DNA of 64,000 nt, taken from NCBI GenBank assembly GCA_013239625.1, contig MU054037.1:436001-500000 (forward strand), written 5' to 3'. Below the pieces are notes generated by a model. The model was not told where the DNA came from. It ran no database searches and was given only the letters and a program-made list of their open reading frames with translations. Origin of the DNA: Lama guanicoe (lineage: Eukaryota). The position numbers and the translations under genes are program-made. This document shows positions 1 through 13,350 of this stretch, in pieces; positions within the stretch are counted from its first letter, which is position 1; each line of letters opens with the position of its first letter.

Positions 1-365
1 GTCATGCCGTGCTAGGGCATAGACAAGGGCAGTGAAAATACCTAGAAGGAAACATTTTTCACCATTTAATCAAAGCAGTGAAGACTGCTGGGTGCATCGC
101 TGTGTGTTGCATAAATATCTGAGCATAAGACAACATTGACCAAAAATACATTCAGGCAGCAGCAAACTAATGAGGCATCTGAGCACTTTTGAGTGGTAGT
201 CAGCTTGAAAGTTAACCTTCAGCCCACCAAAGACTGGGAAAATGCCAAATGTGCTGTAATTTCCTGAATAGCAGGGTTCTCGCTTCCAAATACAGAGCCC
301 CCTCTTCTGTAGTTTGACCCCTTTGACCTCATTTGAAGTCTCCTTTTACTAAAACACTGAACATC

Positions 366-535
366 TTTTTTTTCCTTTAAATTGAAGCATAGTTGATTTA
401 CAATGTTATCTTAGTTTCTGGTGTATAGCATAGTGATTCAGCTTAACACATATTTTTCATATTCTTTTTCATTATAGGTTATCACAAGATATTGAATCTA
501 ATTCTCTGTACTGTGCAGTAGGCCCTTGTTGCTTT
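366..535 (-). mobile_element. 5'-truncated L1 3'-end fragment
   Basis: T-rich tail then ttgaagcatagttgatttacaatgtt...ggttatcacaagatattgaat. The same sequence type recurs at 25.1, 29.8, 30.1, 35.7 and 40.4 kb. Confidence 0.8.
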
Positions 536-597
536 GAGCATTGTAATATTACACCTATAGGAACGTCCACTAAAATGCTGTGACCCTCTACCCCCAG

Positions 598-712
598 GGA
601 GCTTCCGCTGCAGAAGGGAGACATCGTTTACATCTGTAAGCAGATAGATCAGAACTGGTACGAAGGAGAGCACCACGGCCGGGTGGGGATCTTCCCACGC
701 ACCTACATTGAG
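598..712 (+). CDS. SORBS1: SORBS1 coding exon, first SH3 domain ([38 protein letters not shown])
   Basis: Acceptor cccccag|G at 597/598 and donor GAG|gtac at 712/713. 115 nt, phase 2 to 0. Translation has SH3 hallmarks (EL..KGD, WYEG, GIFP.TY) and matches SORBS1 as I recall it. Confidence 0.96.
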
Positions 713-734
713 GTACCACAGCCCTTCTCTCTAA

Positions 735-1112
<378 letters not shown>

Positions 1113-2196
1113 TAGTTTGAGAAGTTAAATTTTTCCAAGCCATGATTTCCTCATATATGAAATGAAGATAAATGGCCCTCTCCTAGAGCTGTTGTGAGAG
1201 GATTCACTGAAACGCTCAATATGACACATGGCATCTGGTTGATGCTTAGTGGACAGGAGACGCCAGCGTTACCATTGCCTTCAAGGCGCACAGCACGCTT
1301 ATTCTGAGCACGGTTAGGCTGTGCAGAGATACTGTTCTTCTAGGAATTCACACGCTCTCTTTACATATGCACATTCTCTGGCTGGCTGAAGTTATTAAAG
1401 TTACTAATTTTATTGAGGATTGAAGGAAGTGAGTACACGCCTTGGGAAAAGATGAGCTCCCTTATAGAAAAGAGAAACGCCGGAAGCAACATGATTTCCC
1501 TCCATCAGGAGACCAATAATTAAGCCATTATATGTGTGTACAATAGAGCATCCTGCAGTGGCCATTGAGCTGTGCGACGCTGTTAAAAATGTAGACTGGT
1601 ATTTCTTGATAAAGGAGGAGATTCACTCTGTTATTAAGTATGAAAAAGTAGGTTGGAAAAGGGAACACAGTGCCTATTCAGTTTTCCTAAGGAAAAAGTA
1701 TGTGCAAATCTAATTCTCATGGAATTATCTATACCAAAATATGGACAGTGGTTACTCCCAAATGATAATATCATGAGTAATGATTATGTTCTGCCTTATG
1801 GTTGTGTTTTAACTTTTCTGTAATGATACAGGAAAAAATAGTCATTCGTAAAAAGAGAAAGAACCCCCAAAACCTTTCCCTTTGAGAAGATTGGATATCT
1901 GTCTATTTTGCCTTAGATAAATCCGAAACCCTACATTTGCCTGTTAGCTTTGGGGAATGAATTTGACCTTCTCCTTTATCAAAATATTTAAAGACCGAGC
2001 TGAACAGCATCCAGGTAGCTCTACTGCTGTTAGCATCTCCACCCCAGTGCCGTTAATTCCATCCAGGTCTAGCCAGGAAGGTTTTTCTGAACAAAGGAGG
2101 AGACAAATAATGCAGGACAGCACAGGGTACAGGCAGGGGCCTCCGTCGTGCTGAGGCCCAGTAGGACAAGGACCCCTGCCTTGCCGTGTCTTTTAG

Positions 2197-2445
<249 letters not shown>

Positions 2446-2689
2446 TGATGGCTCACAGCCCCTCTGGGGCAGTTTCCCAGCACTGTGATTAAGAACCGTC
2501 TCCAGCCATGCAGCGTGTACGCACCAGGGTTTGTTTTCATGTGTACAAATGGCATTTTTCAGGAACTTGGTGGGAGAACTATCTCAGAGGGAGAAGAAGT
2601 GCTTAAGGTGATTGATTGCTCTGGGGATAAGATGATTAGGGAAAGAGAAGTAAGAGTCATTACCACTTGGTCCAAAATTGTGTCCTGTG

Positions 2690-2826
2690 TGGGGAGGATA
2701 TAGCTCAGTGGTAGAGTGCACGCTTAGCATGCACAAGATCCTGGGCTCAATCCCCAGTACCTTCATTAAATAAGTAAATAAACCTAATCACCTCCCCCCT
2801 AAACAAATAAAAACAAATAAATAAAT
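2690..2826 (+). mobile_element. tRNA-derived SINE (camelid Vic-1-like)
   Basis: ggggaggatatagctcagtggtagag (A box), ggctcaatccc (B box), ctaatcacctcccc body and A-rich tail. Multiple related copies in the window. Confidence 0.85.
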
Positions 2827-4177
2827 CTAAGTTTAAAACAACAACCACCATCCTGGGAGCATCCCATCCAGGGTGAGGCTGTTGTCTGGGTACCACCCTT
2901 GACCATACATGCCATGGCCAGTATGGCTCTCTTGGTCATCTTACTAGTCAAGATTGGCCTGCAGAAGACAAAGATTGAGAGAGGGAATTTCACATTTTCA
3001 TCCTTAGGCACGTATACCAGATTCAGAGGAGTCTTTGCAAGCAAGAACCAGGTTGGAAAAGAACTTAGAGCATCTCTGTCTATACTGGGCTGAAAGGAAG
3101 TAGATTTAGAGGCATAATAGGATCTTTGCTTCCCTGAACATTAATTATGAATAAACTTGTTTTAAAATATAAGTTACTCCAAACCCATCCCCACTTTCCC
3201 AAAGCCAAGAGAAAAATCAGACCTCGGGTACAGGAGAGGAACAGTAGGATGACTTCCTTTGACATAGACTGACCATACCCCTGGGGTAAGTTACAGGAAG
3301 GGTGGCCAAAGGAATGAGAGCAGGACCCAGGGACTAGCATGACACTTGAATGGCCTTTTCTCTCATTCTCCAATCATTTCCTCTCCCGCCTGCCATTGCT
3401 GACCCCCTAGGAAATGGTTCTTGGCAAAAGGCGTGAGATGGGCTGACCCGGGGCGTCCTGCACAGTGAGATCCAGACCCTGTGGTCTCGTGGGGAGGGCA
3501 TGAGATGGGTGCAGGGCTTTCTGCTGTGTAGGAACGTGGGGAATTCAACTAGATTTTTCACTTGACTATAGCCAAGCACAACTGTAAAACAAGATGACTA
3601 GAGTGTGCATATACCTCTCTGGAAGGCTCTTTGCTGAGCCCCCTAGAGAGAATAAAACCCCAGGTAGGGCCTGGGCAGTAGTGGCAGGCCTTTTTAAACT
3701 TTTTAAATTGAGGTATGGTTGTCGTACAATATTATATTAACCTCAGGTGTACAACCCAGTGGTTCAGCCAGGCGCCTTTTCTCCTCATGGCTCTGGGTCA
3801 GGGCTTCATTGGCAGAGGTGGTTATGTGGGGTGGGGCGGGAGGCTTCCAGGGGGCCCCTTTAAAACTCTGATTCTGCAAACCAGCTGGCACCATCTGTAC
3901 CAACCTGGATGGGACCTTTTCTCCCGTCTCCCTCCCAGGCACGTCTCCCATCTTGACCTGCCTACACACACTCGCCCATCCGCACACACGCACCACGTCG
4001 CAGTTTCCCTCCCAGCCTAACCGATCCGTTTCTTTTTTGGACACCAGACTGTCCTGCTCGTCCTCTCCATTTCATTCCTCTCCTTTGTCCCTTGTGATTA
4101 TTTTCCTCCTTTCTTCTTTATGCTGACACTTGTGCCTTTTGCTTCTTTTGTTTTCCTCTCTCTCTCTTTTCTTTAAG

Positions 4178-4951
4178 TTTCCTGGTCCTAGCAAGCTCAC
4201 CATGCCAGCCCCCTCATCTCTGCCCCACGCTCACCGAGCCCTGTCCCCTGAGATGCAGGCTGTCACCTCTGAGTGGATCTCGCTGACTGTAGGGGTCCCG
4301 GGCAGGCGCCCTCTGGCCCTGACCCCACCCTTGCCTCCTCTGCCCGAGGCTTCTGTCTACAGCACTGACTCCCTGGCCTGGTTGGCGAGGCCCAGCCCCT
4401 CCCTGTCCCTCAGCCTCCCCCATTCAAGCTGGTCGGACCGGTCCACCCTACACTCGGCAGTCTCCCCACTGGCCCTGCCTCCTCCGCACAAAGCCTGTTC
4501 CCTGGTGCCTGGTGCCCAGGGCTCCCTCCATGTCAACGGAGACAGTGGTACCCACGTGTCACCTCTGGGGCTCCACCAGGATAGCTTCTCCCAGCTGCGG
4601 CTTGGGAGTTCTGACAGGGTCATCTCGGAGCTTAGTGACGCCTTTAGCAGCCAGGGTAGGCAGCAGCCGTGGCGAGAAGAAAGAGGACCACATGAGAGGA
4701 AAGCAGAGAGGGAGGCAGGTGAGACATGCCCAGGTGGACCCGCCATCTCTAAGAAGAGCTGCCTGAGACCTTCAGACGTGGTCCGGTGCCTGAGCACCGA
4801 ACAGAGACTCGCAGAGCTCCACAGCCCTGAGGAGAGCCGGCCCCGCCAGGCCCTGGGTAGCCCTTTCCCGGGAAGGGAGGCCAAGCACACAGAGCTGCAT
4901 AGAGGTGGCGAGCAGGCCGAGAGGAAGGCCGCTCGGACTGGTGCGAGCCAG
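4178..4951 (+). CDS. SORBS1: SORBS1 large alternative exon, 258 aa Pro/Ser-rich linker (FPGPSKLTMPAP...ARTGASQ)
   Basis: Long pyrimidine tract then ctttaag|TTT; donor CAG|gtaggc. 774 nt, phase 0/0 and open throughout. Resembles the long-isoform insert of human SORBS1 (ALSPEM.AVTSEWISLTVGVPGRR; KKSCL.PSDVVRCLSTEQRL). Confidence 0.93.
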
Positions 4952-5714
4952 GTAGGCCTGCAGCATGACCGTGTGTGCCCTGGCGTCTCGGTCGGCAGGG
5001 TGGGCCAGGCGTCTCACCCCCAGCTGGGTGGATGCCCGTGCGACCCATTGGCTTGCTTGGGAACAAAAATATGACCCAGGAGGGAATGGAGGTCTCATCC
5101 ATTAAGGTGTCAGGGCTGGGATAGTTGGAGGCAAAGGACAGCCTATATTCTGGCCTCTCGAAGTGATTCAGCAGTGACCTCTACATTGGATACCTCCTGG
5201 CCTGGTGCAAAAGCCCATGAGTAGGAGGGCCCAGCCATGCTTTGGAGATCATCCTCGGTTTGCTCTAACACAGCTGAGAACACCAGGCTTCGGTTTGGCT
5301 CCGTGTGGTTTGGTTTTGTGTGCGACGCGCTTTGTTTCCATAACCTGTGGCACTCTGCCTGCCAGTGCCCAGCCCTGTCAGGTCTTCGTCCTGTCTCATG
5401 TTTGTGTGGGAGCGCGGGGCCTCTGTTCACTGATGAGCAATGCCTTTTGGTTCTGGGTGGGGGAGCCGTAAAGGCCCAGGGCTGGTGTCCTTGAATGGGT
5501 AAGCCAGGTTTTTAGGTGTGTCCCATTTTCTCTCGGGGTCAGCTGCAAAGATTTTAGGGTTTGGACCAAGGTGGCCCTAGGGTGTTTTGAGGGCTGAAAA
5601 ATTGGGGGCGGGCAGAGGTGAACTTGGCAGTTAGATCCTGGTGCCAGTTTTGGCTATGCTGTTTAATACCACAGAAGACAAAATTTTGGGCAGCTTCACC
5701 GAAGTAGCCAGGTT

Positions 5715-5900
5715 TGAATGCCGGCTCACCTCTCCTGTCCAGTGACTTGGGAGTTACTTCCACTCTCTGGGCCTCAGTTTCCTCATCTGTAAAATAGAGA
5801 TGGTAACACCTACCCCATAATCTGGTTGAGAGGATTCCACACAGTCATGCACGTGAAGTGCTAAGCACAGGGGCTGGGAACGGAACATGTCAGCGCTCTG
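5715..5900. mobile_element. MIR (representative; similar cores near 1130, 13900, 14130, 19670, 29150, 51770, 57150, 59300, 59540, 62420, 63330 and 63820)
   Basis: MIR core ctctctgggcctcagtttcctcatctgtaaaat. Confidence 0.75.
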
Positions 5901-8900
5901 TAAATGGAAGCTATCCGCTTTGGGTACTGAGAACTGAGAACATTCTGAAATATTTTTTTGAACCAGATGGAATTCTTGACAATGTCTCCAAACCATTTAT
6001 TATCTCCTGTATACCATGCCCACGGCAGACTGTGCTTGATCCTCAGACCTGCAATCCCAGTTACCCTTCCAGGTGTCACTTACTGACTCAGTGTATTTAT
6101 GCTAGGCCTGTAGACAGCAGCCTCTGGGCAGGGTCCAGGGGTCATGGTGTCCCTGCCCTTGAGAAGCCTTGTGCATCGGTGAGAATGGCGTCGGTGAGAA
6201 TGGCGGGCACGGTGGTGGAGGTGTGCTCCGGGGCTGCAGGAGCAGAGGCCTGCGGCGCTGAGGGTAGGGCTGAGGAAAGAGCAGTGTCTGGGGAAGGCCC
6301 TGCCTGGCCTCGGGGCAGGTGTTCCTGGAATGCATGTTGGGAGAGGGAGAGAAGGGTGCATCTGATCAAGGAAAGAGTAGTTTGTTGGAGGGGAGCGGGT
6401 GACGTGGCCGGCTGAAAAGAAGTAAATGTCTCGACACAGGAACAACTCTGTAAACGTTCTAAGTCAGCCCACGGTGCTGGAGCCCTCGCTGTCAGCGGTG
6501 AGTCATCGCGGCTCGATTCCAGGACCCCATGTGTACAGAAAGTGTGCGGGGCACTTGGCCGAGGTTAGGGGTCTACACCTCCCTCTTCCTAACTGGGAGA
6601 GGAGGGGATGTGCTGGCCACACGGAAGGCCAGGCTTGTTGAAAATGGACTTTCCTGTCTTGATGGGCCTCCAGACCCTGAGTGTACCCCTTCCTGTCCCC
6701 TCCCTTTCTGCTGCTCCTCCAGCACGAGCCCTTCTCCACAGGCCTGGCCTCGCTCCCTGCTGGGAGCTGGGAGGTGGTGTGACAAGGGCTCATGCCCACA
6801 CACTCTCTCCCAGTCCCCTCTGCCTTCCCCTCCTATGACTGGGAGCGGGACGGCAACCCAGGAAACCAGGTCCTCGAAAAGAAGCTGTCTGCCTCTGGAG
6901 GCCCCTTGGGATGACAGAGCTGAAGATGGGAAGGACTTGAATGACAGGTGTTCTCTGGTGGCCCAGGCAGCATGACGTGACCTCAGGCCACGTCGCTGAT
7001 TTGTATAAAGGCATTCCAGACTAATTTGTGTTATCTGGAAAATGCGAGCCGCTCTTGTCCTTGCTGGGGCGGGGACCAATAGTTCAGTTTTGTCAGTGCT
7101 GTTGGGAAGCTCGGTTGAGTATCTGACTGGTAAGTAGACGGGATTTTGCCTGAGAGCCTCAACTGAAAGATATTCAGAAATGTTATGACCATTTCCTCTT
7201 TCATTCATGCGTCTAGAATGTTCCAGGCACTGTGCTAAGTGCTACAGGAGACAGAGAGGGACAAATATCACTGGAGGCTCCCGTTGGCTCTCAGGAAAGT
7301 CCTCCCTCATGGGCTTAGAAGGCCCCATGTGATCTGGTCATTTAGACAGCAAGCCAGCCTCACTTGCCAAAGCCTCCCCTGCTTATGTGCCTGGAAAATT
7401 CCCATCTGTCCTGCACTTCTCCACTTAGATGATACTTCTGCCAGGAAGCCTTTCCTAACAACTTTTCCCTCCCCCTGCAAGACTGAATGAAGGGCTGGAC
7501 TTTGTGCTTTCACAGCCCCCTGCACCCGACCTAAGCAGGCACTTATCAGCTCTACCGTATTGGTCCCTTTGTCTGTCTGTCACTAGAGTATGAGGGACCA
7601 GGACACCTGATACGTGGAAGATGCTCAATAAATGTATGTTGCGTTTTGAAAGCGAAGATACAAAATGACGGACCCCCAACTAAAGGAGTGTATGCTCTCC
7701 ACGAGGGGGATAAGGCATGTTCACAAATCCTTACAATGTAGACAGGGAATGAGGGCCACCGACAGTTCACTCAGAGTTTAAGAAGGGGAGAAATAATAGG
7801 CAATAGGAGGGGGAAGGTGGAAAGACTTCTGGAGAAAAGTGGCTTTTGATCTGGGGCTTAAAGAGCTGGGAGTTTTATGATAGGTAAACAGCAAGAGGGC
7901 AGCATTCAAGGCAAACAGATGACCCAGCCAAGGCCCCAGGGGTAGGAATGTGGTAGGGGGTGGGGAGTCCTGAGCCCCTGGTTTGGGTGAGGCTTAGGTG
8001 TCACAGGTGGAGAGAAGGGGCCAGGAGCAAATCTCAGACACAGATACTGATCAGCGCCTCCTAACCTTGTGTCTGGTCATCTTCCTCAAGTCCTGTGACC
8101 CTTGCTAAATGGTCGCAAGAATTCCCTACTTGGTGCTGGCCCCTCCTCTGTGGCTTTCCTTCTCCTGAGTCACCTGGACAGCCTGTCTGTGCCATTCTCT
8201 GCAGACGTGGGAGCACTTCCTTGTGAAAGGGTCTGACTCTTCTTCACTCCTCTGTGGACTCCCTAACCGATATCACATTGGGTTGGCTGCTCATGTTTTA
8301 GGCAGACATTCTCAGAAGGCGGTGCATGAAGTGCAGGGGGTGTTTATAGGAAGCCAGGATCAGACTCCCTGGAAAGAGCGCTGCACTGAAAGTCAGCATC
8401 GCCAGGCTCTGGCCCCAGCTCAGCTGCTGTGTGTCTTTGGTGAATCACTTCCCTTCTCTGGCAGCTTCACTGTCCATAAACAAAAGATTCAGACAAGAGA
8501 ATTAAAGTTCTTGTTAGTCTGTGATGAGCTAAAAATCCTATGTGCGTTTCAGTTAAAAGGAGAGAGAAGAACAAATACAAAATTTCAAGTAGGGGGTTTG
8601 GGATAGATCTGTGGACCTCCACAATGGAAAAAATGAAAGTATATTTATTTTTCGAGGGACAACTTAACAAATTGGACAAAAACATACAAAATGCCCAAGA
8701 GTTCAGAATTTTCAGTCAAGTTCTTGGATTTTGTTGGGTATAAATTTGGCCAAGAAGGTTTAGGACAATCTGTCAAGAAAGTAAAGGGGAAGATGGTCTT
8801 GGAAATTGTCACCATTAGCATCATCCAGTATTTACCGAGCTTCCCCAAGATGGGAGCACAGTTTGCTGGCTGGCACCCAGCCTTGGTTTTCAGGTGTTCC

Positions 8901-10559
8901 GACAGCTGGTGTGAGAGATCCTCATAGGATTTCTGATTTAAAAAGTATCCTTAAAGATCATCTACTCCAGTGACTCGTAACTTTCGCTGGACCATAGAAC
9001 CTTCGAGAAGCGGAGAATTCTGAAAAGCTGAGGATTCTAGGCCAGTGGTCCGGGGAGGAGAGTGGCGCACACACAATTTTGCATAAAGTTTTAAGAGATT
9101 CACACCTGAGTCCATCTGGGCGCTCCCTAGGAGTCCAGGGACCCCCCCAGGTGAAGAGCCCCCGGTCTATTCTACTTTTACAATGAAATGAGAAAACTGA
9201 GGCCTGAGGACTGTGAAAAAACTTGTGTGATGGGCCCCAAAGAGAGGGAAACCAATCAAACAGTATAAATCTGAGGCCATGAAGTATAAATAGAAGTATT
9301 CAGAAAAGCTGTGTGTCCTCAAAGTATCTGAGAAGCCTAAGAACAAAGCACACTACAGCCTCAGAGAAAGGAGAGGAGAGAGGGAAACCCTCTCAGCTGA
9401 CAACAGAAAGATGTGCTTTGGCGAGTTCAGAGGGAAGGTCCCTTACTGCCTGGCAACTAAGTTAGTTCCCACAAAGAGAACAAAGGCAGAGGCCTGCTTT
9501 GAGCATGGAAATGAGAAATAGAAGGGAAAGCATGTGCTGCAACTGACAAGAACAAAAAGGAAATTTAAAATGTTCAAATCTCCAACTAAAATGGGGAAAC
9601 GTTTTCCTTTGACTCACTCAGAAGGGAAATCTCTAAATATATACAGGGGGTGTTCAGCAGTGTACAGGAAGGGGAGAGACAGTGGCCACAGTTCCTACAG
9701 AAATAACCAGCGGGAACTCTCTCCACACCTAAGGTGTAGGGAACGGAGCCCTGAAGCTGCCGTGTCCACCCCTACGCAGGTAACAGGACAGATGGCTGAT
9801 TGCAGTAGAAACCCGCAGGCCCGCTGCAGAGCCCGGGGCAGGTGAAGGTGGCCTCTTAATCAGCACATCCCCCCAGCTCTTCTGCTGTCTGCCCCAGGCA
9901 GAGCACAACCCGCAAGATCAGGTGGGAGGTGTGGGATGTGGAGTCACAGAGACCGGGTTTCAAATCCTGGTCCTTCAGTCCCCAACTCAGTCCTGTTGGG
10001 TTTTAGTTTTGTAAGATGAGGTCTCATGGAGATGTGTGCCTTTAGCCCAGAGCTGGGGATTGGGACTCGAGAAACACTTGTGTGATACCGAGGCAACAGG
10101 GAAAAAAAACAAAAGTAGTTTATTTTATCCTCCATTCCCCTTAAGAAAGAGGGGGTTGGGAGAGGGAAGAAAGTAGAAGATGGAAGAATCCTTTCACTTT
10201 GGTTACACAAATCCAGAGCTTAGAACACTGAAAACTTGTACTCTGTCAATTAGTGCTGCTCCCAGTTCTCACCTTGAGTACAAATGCGTCCTCTTGGAAA
10301 GCTTTTCATTTCTTCATACTTGACTGCACATTCGCTATTATCCGTCTGATTGTTTTCAGAAACAGACCTCAGCACAGACTAGGAGAAGGCTGAGCATTTA
10401 GATTTAGTGTTGTCATCAGATTCTAATTGCAACAGAAGCCGATGTGTTGTCTGTGGACTGATCTGCAAGGAGGTTAAGTCTAGGTGGTGAGCATTTGAAC
10501 TAATTGGTTGTAGTTAGTTTTATATCTAAGCCCGGGATCTTTTTCTTAAGAACTCAGTG

Positions 10560-10740
10560 GAGTCTGACGATTTTGCGGGTCCTGTGTGGCGTTTCTTAGA
10601 GCTGACACCTCGGAGCCTGAACCATCCAGTTCTTCCAACTCCTCCGACAGGGTTTGCCTGTGGTCTTCCAGGAGCTGCAATTCCTCTTCCATTGAGTGAA
10701 CCCCTCTCCTGCCACATTGCCAGACGTGAGCTGTCCAGCC
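10560..10740 (-). mobile_element. Possible ancient Tigger/pogo transposase remnant
   Basis: The minus strand, with one frameshift, reads NVAGEGFTQ/MEEELQLLEDHRQTLSEELEEL. This resembles the acidic C-terminal GGEGF..M...ELL..H..EL..E.L motif of Tigger-type transposases. Confidence 0.35.
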
Positions 10741-11741
10741 ACTCTCAGCGCTACAATCAAAAGCCATCTGCCACCCCATCTCCAGTGGGCAGTGAGTGGA
10801 GTGCTGCCTCTCTCAAGCCAGGGCAGCCCTGTCCAGTCCTAGTTCTCAAGTCATAGGATGCAGACTAATCACTACGTTAGAACTTTTGAGCCAAAAATGA
10901 TGTTTGTGGAAATCATGTCCAAGCCTCTGATTTGACTAAGAACTTGAAATCCAAAGAAGTTAAGCATTTTTCTCAAAAGACAGTAAATGACTGTGAGAGC
11001 CTGACCTGGAACCCAGTGTCCTCCCTCCAAGTCCAGTGTCCCCAGAGAGGTGGAGTCTGAGAAGACACGGGCTGTGAGATGCCGTCTCTGGCACGGACAG
11101 GTTGGGAGAATACAGACTCGTGACGCTTCTAGAGGGGCTTGGCGTCACGCGGAGGTGGACTTCCTGTCCTGTCCACATCTCCAGGACTTCCTGCTGGCCT
11201 CTGGCCTGTGGGCAGTTTATTTTGGGCTTCAAGGCTTTGGCACACACCCAGAGCTGGAAGAGGATGCTTACTAACTCATGGTAGCACCAGGTGTTTTGGG
11301 GATCTGGAGGGATTAACAGCCCCAGGGAGGCTCGGGTCAGGTTTCTGACGGACTTCTGTGAACTGGAGGTAGAAAGGCAACAGGGCAAGGACACCTGCAT
11401 GGTGGCTCCCTCGGGAGACTGTAAGAGAGCTCCGGGCCAAGAGGGCCCGCGTGTGTGTATGTGTGCAATACGAGAGAAAAGCGGCTTCTGGATCAGCAAC
11501 TATCACCTGCTTAGTGTTGATGGAGGAGGGCAGTGCAGTGCAGCGTGAGGGGTGTGTGTGTGTTGGGCACGTGGCTCTTCTTCTAAACGTGAAAAACTGG
11601 AATGTATTTTCAAGAGTCTGAAATGTACTTGGCATGAGATAATAGTCCCTTTGTCCCTAACCCTATCTGAGGTCCAGGTTAGAACTTTGTGTGCTTTTAG
11701 GCTTTAAGAAGGATGTACACGGAGACCCAAGGAGGGTTTAG

Positions 11742-12041
11742 AGCAGCACTGCCAGCAGGACTATGTGAGTCACATATATAATTTTAAATTTTCTGGTAGT
11801 AAAATAGAACAGGTGAAATTAATTTTAATAATTATTCGATTTAACATACCTAAAATTGTATCATTTTAACATATAATCAGTGTAATAATTGTTGAGATAG
11901 TTTACATTCTTTATCTTGTACTAAGTTTTTGAAATAACTTTGTAAAAAGGGTGACTACACTTACAGCATATTTCACACTGGCCCCATCTCAAGTGTTGAG
12001 TGGATACATGTGGCCACCGGCTACCATATTGGAGAGCATAG
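11742..12041. mobile_element. hAT-Charlie DNA transposon (MER33/MER3-like)
   Basis: gagtcacatatataattttaaattttctggtag...catgtggccaccggctaccatattggagagcatag. Homologous to 20093-20410. Confidence 0.7.
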
Positions 12042-13194
12042 GTTCAGAGAAAGAGATACATGAAGCTGTACATGGTTAGAAAATGGATCAGGGAAGAAAA
12101 AACATACATCTAGAGGGAAGAAAATCGGAAGGTAAACGGCCTTTGAAGTGAAAGGCGAGTCCCTGTGAAGGGTGTCAGTGGTTTCTGTCTCCACCGAGGG
12201 GTGCCGTACCCACCCCAACCCCCCCCAAAAAATCCTGTTTAGATTTAAATCAAACATAGAACTGAAGTATAAAGAATGCACTTCAAATAGGGAGAAATTG
12301 AGTCTTCACTAGCAGGATAAATATTTATATTGTCTTCTTCCTTCATTTATTCCACAGATGTTAAGTAAGGAACCAGGTCACTTCTCAGGGATGAGTTAAG
12401 TTTGTACAGAGGTGAAGTTTGTCCAGATGTGCAGGCTGTGATGATGATTATCCTCTGGTCTGGATATCACCTGATAGCAAGGAAGTATTAGCTGGGTCAG
12501 GATCCCTTTTCAGTCCTGTGGATCCTTGAGTTAACGATCGGGTGATATCCATTACTGCGCTCTGAACCTTTTACATGAGGAAAAAGTGTTTAAGAGAAGT
12601 TACAGTGCCTGTTTTCAGAAGCTCGGTGTTCCTATTATCCCTGCCCCAGCTGTCCCATCACAAGACAGGAGGGAGGTGGTGTGGCAATGAGACCTTGAGA
12701 GGGTCAGTACTCAGTGGCTTCGCCACCTTGGGCAAATCTTCAGACTTCCCTGAGTCTTAAAAAAATTTTTTTCTGCCCTCACCCAAGTCAAAGGGTGAGT
12801 ATACAAGTCAGGTGAGGTAATGGTCCTATGTGAGCTTTGAAAGCAGCTTAAAAAAAAGGTACATTACAAAAGAAAGGGACAGTACAGTATCAGTTCCTCC
12901 ATACTGTGTCTGATTCACCAAATCTCTTTTAAGTGCCAAGTATTTGCTAGGTGACCGATTCCAGTCACTCCTTTGGGATTAAAGTTGACTGAAAGATGCT
13001 TGGGGGCTTCTGTAAGCTGTGGAGATAATGTCAGTAGAATGTCCACATCCTCTGTTTGTACTATACTCGACCTGAGGTCGGTAGGCCACCAGCTGGAGTT
13101 TGGAAATATTTTTGGTCTTTACGAGAACTTTTATTTTCATGGGGTGCAACCCAGACTGACACGCTGTAGCCACAGAATCTCAGTGCTGGATAAT

Positions 13195-13350
13195 TGAGGT
13201 GCTCTGCAGCCTCACTCGCTGAGCAGCAGTGTGGGCACCACCAAATAGAAATGAGCAGTCCCAGGCTGCACCCCAGATGCGTCAAATCAGAATCTGCATT
13301 TTAACAGGATCCCAAGTGATACTGACAGACACTAAAGTGAGAAGCAGTGC
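13195..13350. mobile_element. MER5A-like hAT MITE
   Basis: ccccaga...aatcagaatctgcattttaacaggatcccaagtgat...aagtgagaagcagtg, typical of MER5A. Confidence 0.65.

Noticed and set aside
2690..2765. tRNA-like sequence (also 17150-17219, 40038-40112, 54240-54315)
   Set aside because: SINE heads with tails and TSDs, not tRNA genes.
4952..5074. ORF read-through past the 774-nt exon donor
   Set aside because: Good CAG|gtagg donor at 4951/4952. The extension has no recognisable similarity and I saw no clear polyA signal nearby.
4214..5102. Antisense ORFs over the large SORBS1 exon
   Set aside because: Shadow ORFs of a GC-rich coding exon.
5858..7208. 185-211 aa ORFs in the SORBS1 intron
   Set aside because: Non-ATG starts, no recognisable motifs and partial overlap with MIR/L2-like sequence.
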